Positions 58,143 through 64,000 of a DNA stretch of 64,000 nucleotides are shown piece by piece. The position numbers and the translations under genes are program-made. The stretch comes from a virus: the IMG/VR virus record IMGVR_UViG_3300035204_001594, positions 1-64,000 of that record. One strand, written 5' to 3'. How positions within the stretch are numbered: the stretch's first letter is position 1; the number at the start of each line of letters is the position of its first letter. The notes below the pieces were generated by a model. That model saw only the letters and a program-made list of their open reading frames with translations, made no database searches and was not told the origin of the DNA.

Positions 58143-60724
58143 TAGCCTCCTCCCGGTTCTCTACAAGTTGCCCCTGCGGATTCGTCACAGTGGTAGAATA
58201 CTGTTGGTGGTTGTTTAGTTGCATTTATAGACGTTCCAAAGTCTTCAATGGGGTCCAATGCGTGCGTCTCGCCGGCACAAGTGTAAGTAGGGTTACCTGT
58301 GGAGTTTAGCGTAAATTGTATAGAAGAGGCGTAAGCTGGATACGCGCAATCCTCGCAGTTTGCAGGACTACCCTCATCCGGATTGCAGTCATCGCAGGTA
58401 CAGTAAATCTCTATCGAGTCCGCTACATCCTCTCCCCACATATCGTCCGGCAGACCTCCCGTAGGGAGTCCTAAAGAAGTTAGCTCCACAGAATCCGTGT
58501 CCGATTCGGCAGCAAAGGTAAAGGTGTGGCTCATAGAGCTTCCCGCCTGGCCGTGAGGAGCCTCGTAGCTTATAGTATTGCCGCAGACATCTAAGCCGTC
58601 GTTACCAGGCACCCAGTCTTCCCAATCATATTCATGTGCAATAGTGGTGGCTATAGATGTTGCGGCCTCGAACGGGTCTGTGAATTTAATGTACAGAGAT
58701 CCGTCCTGAACCCACATAACAGATATGATAGGGGGAGTACATGGGGTATCCAAAAACAGAGTGCTCAAACACTCATAGAAATTACTGTCTGAATTATTAG
58801 CTATAAGGCCGTCTGCGTTACGCATATTAGATACCTTGGCTGTTAGTGTTTTGGTAGACTCTCCGGCTTCGCACGCGTCAGTCTCTGCAAGGGTTTGTAA
58901 GTATCCAACAACCCCTATAAGCATGTACCTGCCTCGATCTATCTGGCGTCCGCCCCTTAAGTCGAGAAAACCCCCACTTAAGGTGATTTTACTGCTGCCT
59001 GGGTCGTCGTCTATAGTCACCCCTAATGACTCTAGCGGCTGTGCGGGGTTGAAATCATCGTCGTCTATGTTATCTTCGTCTAGGTTAGCGTAAGAGGTAT
59101 TTTCTACATAAACCACCTTGGCGTCGAAATCAAACTCAACCTCGAGGCTTCCTGTAAGAGGGCTTTCTCCGTGATTCTGTATTAATACCTGAGCGCTAAC
59201 TAGGTAGCCGTAATGGCCCCATCCTGCGGCAGATACAACTGCGGGGTGATCCTTAAAGCATTCATATATGTCGTTATATTGGTTTAGTACACACTGATAA
59301 CTTATCGCAGTGGCATTAGCTTTATGGAGCAAGCCGGCGTTACTCCAGGGGGAGGATAAGGGGGTATTATTAATTTCCCATAAAGGTGCAGCAACTTTCT
59401 CTAAAGCTCTGTGAACGTTTTCATACTGATTACAAGGGCAGCACTGTGAGCAGAACCCGGATATCATTAAATCCGGGTTTACTAATGTGTTAATCCCGTT
59501 GAATACCCCTGGGTTACCTGAAAACATTCTATAACTGTGAATAGGGGTTCCTGTGTCATCCTGATTTGATTCTATTGCTCCGGAATCCGTATCGGGACCT
59601 ACCATAATACATTTATCCCCGCCTATATAAACGTTACCTACATCATCAGGCCCTACGTTATTCAAATGTCTTACAACCGCATCAGGTTGTTGTGTATCAT
59701 CGTCTTCGCAATCGGGTCCTAAACCTGCTCCTGCTCCTGCAAAAGCATTGAAAGTCAGTACCGGAGAATTAGTTTCAATGTCTACGTTAAACCCTTCGGA
59801 TAAAAGAACATCGTCCCTATAGTCTGAGGTTAAATATGTATATATTTCCGTATCGGTATCCGAGATAGCCCACGGGCAGTTCACATCTCCGGATATTCCG
59901 GATAGGTATGGCGGAGTGTACTCCGACCCCAGTCCCTGAACCCCCGCTGGATCGTTTTTACAAAAGATAATATTTTGGTAATGATCTCCGGGATCGGAGA
60001 ACATGCTTGCTAGCTCTCCCGATATAGCGGTATCTGTTATGGAATCAAAAGAAGGTATCGCCTCTTCTGGCATAGCTTCGTATATGTCTATGGCCAGCAA
60101 GGATTGGAGATTGTCCGCCTGAGGAGAAAGGGTATTGGGCGCTAGTCTAGTTTCGCTTAGTTGATTGGTAGAAGTGTAGTACTCGGCGAGTCTGTCGGTG
60201 AAGCTGCTGTAATACCCTGTAGAGCTAAAAAATTCGTAAAAAGTAGGGTAATGGATTATGTAGGTCAAGAAGTAGCTATCTTTTTGTGCGAATCCATGAA
60301 CATACTCGCCTCTAAGGATCTCTTCCCTACGCCACCCTGTAGATCTGCTCAAAGCGGGTGAACCTGAGTTTTTATTTGTTATATCATTTGTGTCTAAAAG
60401 CTCGCTACCCTGAGTGTCGGATAATACAAATCTCACCAAACCCTTACCGGTTTCGGAATAACCTTGAACAGCGCTTTCTGTAAGGGTAGAAGGAGATGGA
60501 AGTGCTGTAGTTCCAAGTGCAGACCCAAAGCCTTTTATACAGGCACTTAAAATACTTGTGCCGTCTGTAACCCCTCTTCCTTGAAAAGAAAGTCCACAAA
60601 TCGCCCTAAACTCAGAATCCCCATCTGGAGTTTCTGTAAAGTTAGGTATACCTAATGCCGGGTAACTGGTTTTAGAGTTCCCTGCGAGGTACGAGTAATC
60701 AAGGGCAATGTTGTCTAAAGTCAT
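58142..60724 (-). CDS. virion protein, RNYPF paralogue family
   Basis: NSKTSYPA; SEGFN; GAGAG; LNNVGPDDVGN; CSQCCPC. Confidence 0.6.
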   Translation of the reverse strand: MTLDNIALDYSYLAGNSKTSYPALGIPNFTETPDGDSEFRAICGLSFQGRGVTDGTSILSACIKGFGSALGTTALPSPSTLTESAVQGYSETGKGLVRFVLSDTQGSELLDTNDITNKNSGSPALSRSTGWRREEILRGEYVHGFAQKDSYFLTYIIHYPTFYEFFSSTGYYSSFTDRLAEYYTSTNQLSETRLAPNTLSPQADNLQSLLAIDIYEAMPEEAIPSFDSITDTAISGELASMFSDPGDHYQNIIFCKNDPAGVQGLGSEYTPPYLSGISGDVNCPWAISDTDTEIYTYLTSDYRDDVLLSEGFNVDIETNSPVLTFNAFAGAGAGLGPDCEDDDTQQPDAVVRHLNNVGPDDVGNVYIGGDKCIMVGPDTDSGAIESNQDDTGTPIHSYRMFSGNPGVFNGINTLVNPDLMISGFCSQCCPCNQYENVHRALEKVAAPLWEINNTPLSSPWSNAGLLHKANATAISYQCVLNQYNDIYECFKDHPAVVSAAGWGHYGYLVSAQVLIQNHGESPLTGSLEVEFDFDAKVVYVENTSYANLDEDNIDDDDFNPAQPLESLGVTIDDDPGSSKITLSGGFLDLRGGRQIDRGRYMLIGVVGYLQTLAETDACEAGESTKTLTAKVSNMRNADGLIANNSDSNFYECLSTLFLDTPCTPPIISVMWVQDGSLYIKFTDPFEAATSIATTIAHEYDWEDWVPGNDGLDVCGNTISYEAPHGQAGSSMSHTFTFAAESDTDSVELTSLGLPTGGLPDDMWGEDVADSIEIYCTCDDCNPDEGSPANCEDCAYPAYASSIQFTLNSTGNPTYTCAGETHALDPIEDFGTSINATKQPPTVFYHCDESAGATCREPGGG

Positions 60725-60737
60725 AAACGTTCCCTAG

Positions 60738-61706
60738 TTATAAATTACACGCATTATTGGTTACTACAGACCCAAAGGCACTTGATCTAATACTTTCTAC
60801 GGCTCCAGCTAAAGCGGTAATATAACTGTCTAGCCTATCAAATCCGTTTTGAAGATCTCGTAAATCACTTACCACTATGTCTAGCTGGTCGCACCCACAA
60901 CAAGGCTCAGAACAGGTTTCAGATAACAGTATAGAGTTCGAGCCGGCGTTATTTTGAATATCTACGCAGGTGCCAGGCACCAAATCTAAGTTACCGGAAG
61001 AATCCGGGCTTAGCTGATTAATGGTTCTAATACAAGGACCTAAATCTATCTCGCCTTCGCATGTACAATCAGAGGAGAGTCCTAATCCGTCTAGCGCAGA
61101 AAAAGTAAAGGAATTCTCTAACGGGGATGTTTGTATTCCAAAATTAGTTCTAGGCCGCATGATAACGTGGCCGGTCAAGGCTACACCAGCGGATAATACA
61201 TCTTTTCCTACCCGTAGGGATGATACCCCAGCTGTATTCATAGAGATAACCGTGGTTTCAATATATGCGTCTGTGCTGAAGTCCACCCGCCCCGGAGGGT
61301 TCTCCTGCAGTTGCTCGAGATTACCTATTGTGATGGACCCAATAACGTTAGAAAAATCGTAATCGCTATTGGTAGCCACCCCTGTGAGGGTGTAGGAAGA
61401 GGGGTTGGTGTGGGTGTCTGCGGCAATAGCTTCTGATATGGCTGCAGTTGCCTTTTCACTGCTTACATCCGGGCTATAGTAGCCTATCTCTACGATTAGC
61501 CCGTGGGTGTAGGAAGATATAGATTTTAGGTAAAAATTAAAAGGTTTGATGGTGGGATCGTAGGGTACACTTAAACGCATATCCACAATGAGATCATCAG
61601 GAAGATTAAATCCGTCTCCCAAAGGGGAGAGTGTAGCTTCTTGGCTTATGGGGTAGTTTCTGGTGGCGTTAGTGTTAAGCCACCCTAGCCCTACAATACT
61701 GGACAT
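60738..61706 (-). CDS. virion protein, RNYPF paralogue family
   Basis: WLNTNATRNYPI; TINQLSPDSSGN; CSEPCCGC followed by a coiled coil. Confidence 0.6.
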   Translation of the reverse strand: MSSIVGLGWLNTNATRNYPISQEATLSPLGDGFNLPDDLIVDMRLSVPYDPTIKPFNFYLKSISSYTHGLIVEIGYYSPDVSSEKATAAISEAIAADTHTNPSSYTLTGVATNSDYDFSNVIGSITIGNLEQLQENPPGRVDFSTDAYIETTVISMNTAGVSSLRVGKDVLSAGVALTGHVIMRPRTNFGIQTSPLENSFTFSALDGLGLSSDCTCEGEIDLGPCIRTINQLSPDSSGNLDLVPGTCVDIQNNAGSNSILLSETCSEPCCGCDQLDIVVSDLRDLQNGFDRLDSYITALAGAVESIRSSAFGSVVTNNACNL

Positions 61707-61721
61707 TGGAGCACCCTATCG

Positions 61722-62081
61722 TTATTCGAGGTATAGTTGACGAAAATCATTCTTAGTAAGCTTTTGGGCCGTATTAGCATTATATAGCCTCATAAGATCC
61801 TTGTAAAGTATATCATCTTCGTCCTCTAAGGAATCGAGATAGGAATCAGGGTGTTCTAACTTAATGGAGCTATCGGGGGACGTAAGTAAGGCGCCTATAA
61901 GGGCACCTGGAATGGCGGATAGTAACCCAAATCGGGTGGATCCGCCTAATGTATTTTGATTGAGAGTTCCGTGGGATACGTTATACGCAGCAGGTATACC
62001 AAATCCTACGCCTCCTCCTATAAGGGCGCCTTTAAGCGCGCCTTTAGACATTCGTCGCATTATATCGGAAAACTCACCCAT
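61722..62081 (-). CDS. glycine-zipper protein
   Basis: KGALKGALIGGGVG...PGALIGA; similar architecture to 38919-39359. Confidence 0.6.
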   Translation of the reverse strand: MGEFSDIMRRMSKGALKGALIGGGVGFGIPAAYNVSHGTLNQNTLGGSTRFGLLSAIPGALIGALLTSPDSSIKLEHPDSYLDSLEDEDDILYKDLMRLYNANTAQKLTKNDFRQLYLE

Positions 62082-62084
62082 ATG

Positions 62085-63998
62085 TTAAGCCTTCGATATC
62101 TGGTATCTTACGTCTAGAATACCCACTTTGGGGTCTGATAAACTGCTACTAGATCTTGTGAGCTTAAATACAAATAGGTCCCCAGGTGTCACAGTTACGG
62201 CCCCGTTCATCACACTAAACACTTTATAGTTGTATTGTGTACTGAAAGTACCTAGCGATACAGAGTGGTTGGTGTAAGTTAGGCCTGTTATTGTACCTGT
62301 TGCCCCTGCATAAGAACCTGCGTTTAGTGTGGTGTCTACCACCTTGTAGTCCGATGACAAGCTCCCTAAGTTATTAGAGCCTGCGCTAGGGGATATAATT
62401 TGAGCGAGTATATCTACGCTATACGTCTCCCCATTAGATGTGGGGAGGAAGGTTGGTATAAATACTTTACCTGTAACGGAGCTGGTACGCCCCGCAGGGA
62501 ATACTTTATAGAAGACGTCCTCGTGGCGCTCTAATAGAATATCGTCGGCGAAGAACATATCCGGTTCGCTTTCACGAACCCCTCCGAAGTCGGCGGCGGA
62601 TATAGTTACTATACCTTGACCTCCAACTACTGTAGAGCTAACGTCGATAAGGGGCCCTGATTGAATAGCTTCGACTACGTGCCCCTTTTTAACAGCAAAG
62701 GCGTCGAAATCCTTTACCACATAGCTTCCGTCTACAGGACTGTCGTCCGATACGGTAAACTCCGCGTCTATAACTAGTCGACCAGATGCGGCTGTTTCGC
62801 CGTTCTCATCGGTTACCTTAATCATAGACCCTTCTTTTGGGGTTAGGCTTTGAACAACTGCCTCGTCAGTTTTGGATGCGAGTATGGTGTAATAAAGAAG
62901 AGCTTCTTTAGGGAGTATCTCTCCGTTGTAATTTGTGGTCCATTCGGTTCCTTCTGGCCCATTAACCTCAGGAAAGCGGTATCCAAAAGGGGTACCGTCT
63001 TCGGTAAGATCAAACCAGAAAATACCTTCAGTATCTATGGTTAGCTGGGATGTGTGAGGGGCTGCTCCGTCAATATAAAGAACTGAGGATTGTACGGGAT
63101 AAGGGGGCCACACTGCACTGAGGGTGGCATCTCCATCTACGTTATAGAAAAACTTGGCTCCCTCGCCGGGGCCTCCGCTAGCACAAGTGGTGCCATCGCA
63201 CTGCATCCACCCTGCAATATCAGTGTTGTGGTAGTCGGAGTTAATCCGATACTCAATCGTATTGGTCGTAGAGTTAGTGATTCTGTATAAAGGAGAGTCT
63301 CCTGCAGACTCTAAACTGCTGAGACCGCTGTTCTGAAATATAGAAATACCTGTAACGGTTGCCGGGTCGTCGTCTTTAGCGACCGCTTCCCCGCCCCTAT
63401 CCCAAACGGCAAGAAACGCCTCAAAAGAATCATCGGGATTGGAGCCTCCTTGACTAATACACTCTGCATCCTCTAGGATCATTCGTGTGTAAGCGTCATT
63501 ACCTTTAAAGGAATGAATCATTCCCCCGGCTGTGCCGTTTCCTGCGTAAATAGCCGTACCCACTTTAGTGAGTGTGGTATCTAACGTGTAAGGACAGTTG
63601 GCTGGCGTTCCATTATTGGTATATTCATATAAATAAACATCTAATTCGGTGGTATCGGCTACCCAGTTTGCGTCCCCGTCGCTGTTAGTTCCGTTAGCGT
63701 TATACCCTATGGGTAGATTCGTAGCGGGTTCGTTAACCAGCCTGAAAGAGTAGTGACGATGCGCTAGCATAAGGTCGTGTAAGACTGGTCGAACAGTAAC
63801 CAAGTAGTGGCCTGTGTTATTATCATCCGGCGTAACAAAGCAAATAGGGACCCCTAGGGCCGGTTTATTTTTGGTAACTTTTCCAGCGGTTAGGGAATCC
63901 ATAGACAGGTACATCTGACCTACCTTAGATGCGCTTGTTAGGTTAGCGTAGTCTAATAGTAAGTTATCTAATAAACCTGAGGTGTAATTACTGGTACT
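62085..63998 (-). CDS. large probable virion protein, 5'-truncated by the window edge
   Basis: The frame stays open upstream of ATG 63914 to the window end (STSNYTSGLLDNLLLDYANLTSASKVGQ-M). Confidence 0.65.
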   Translation of the reverse strand, partial: STSNYTSGLLDNLLLDYANLTSASKVGQMYLSMDSLTAGKVTKNKPALGVPICFVTPDDNNTGHYLVTVRPVLHDLMLAHRHYSFRLVNEPATNLPIGYNANGTNSDGDANWVADTTELDVYLYEYTNNGTPANCPYTLDTTLTKVGTAIYAGNGTAGGMIHSFKGNDAYTRMILEDAECISQGGSNPDDSFEAFLAVWDRGGEAVAKDDDPATVTGISIFQNSGLSSLESAGDSPLYRITNSTTNTIEYRINSDYHNTDIAGWMQCDGTTCASGGPGEGAKFFYNVDGDATLSAVWPPYPVQSSVLYIDGAAPHTSQLTIDTEGIFWFDLTEDGTPFGYRFPEVNGPEGTEWTTNYNGEILPKEALLYYTILASKTDEAVVQSLTPKEGSMIKVTDENGETAASGRLVIDAEFTVSDDSPVDGSYVVKDFDAFAVKKGHVVEAIQSGPLIDVSSTVVGGQGIVTISAADFGGVRESEPDMFFADDILLERHEDVFYKVFPAGRTSSVTGKVFIPTFLPTSNGETYSVDILAQIISPSAGSNNLGSLSSDYKVVDTTLNAGSYAGATGTITGLTYTNHSVSLGTFSTQYNYKVFSVMNGAVTVTPGDLFVFKLTRSSSSLSDPKVGILDVRYQISKA

Positions 63999-64000
63999 AA

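Noticed and set aside
331-63290. Many 60-216 aa ORFs antisense to or nested in long genes (e.g. 11944-12444, 19984-20466, 44381-45031)
   Set aside because: Shadow frames of well-supported genes, with no motifs recognised
1-64000. Stop-codon reassignment as seen in some large phages
   Set aside because: Long genes are intact under the standard code, and TAA, TAG and TGA all end tightly packed genes

Overview
A 64-kb slice of a large tailed dsDNA phage genome (standard genetic code, very dense coding, mostly minus strand). It holds nucleotide-metabolism genes (class II RNR, dUTPase), a replication/recombination block (Mre11/Rad50-like pair, SF2 helicase, DnaB-like helicase, primase, PolA with an N-terminal UDG-like domain, RecA-like recombinase), a terminase large subunit split by a class 3 LAGLIDADG intein, and a long run of probable virion genes. 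Three things stand out. (1) A complete phage-encoded ubiquitin-like conjugation operon: Ubl ending GG-C, E2-like, JAB/JAMM, E1 (10465-14750). (2) A complete group IA ribozyme core in an intergenic gap (42220-42573). It has its own sigma70-type promoter, no room for an upstream exon, no coding 3' exon, and a helix whose partner strand lies downstream of the 3' splice site, which suggests a natural circularly permuted or trans-acting group I intron. (3) Giant probable virion proteins in which one ~110-aa module is nested inside itself several levels deep and is shared between distant genes. All assignments were made by reading motifs by eye; no database searches were run. No CRISPR array, tRNA or rRNA was recognised.
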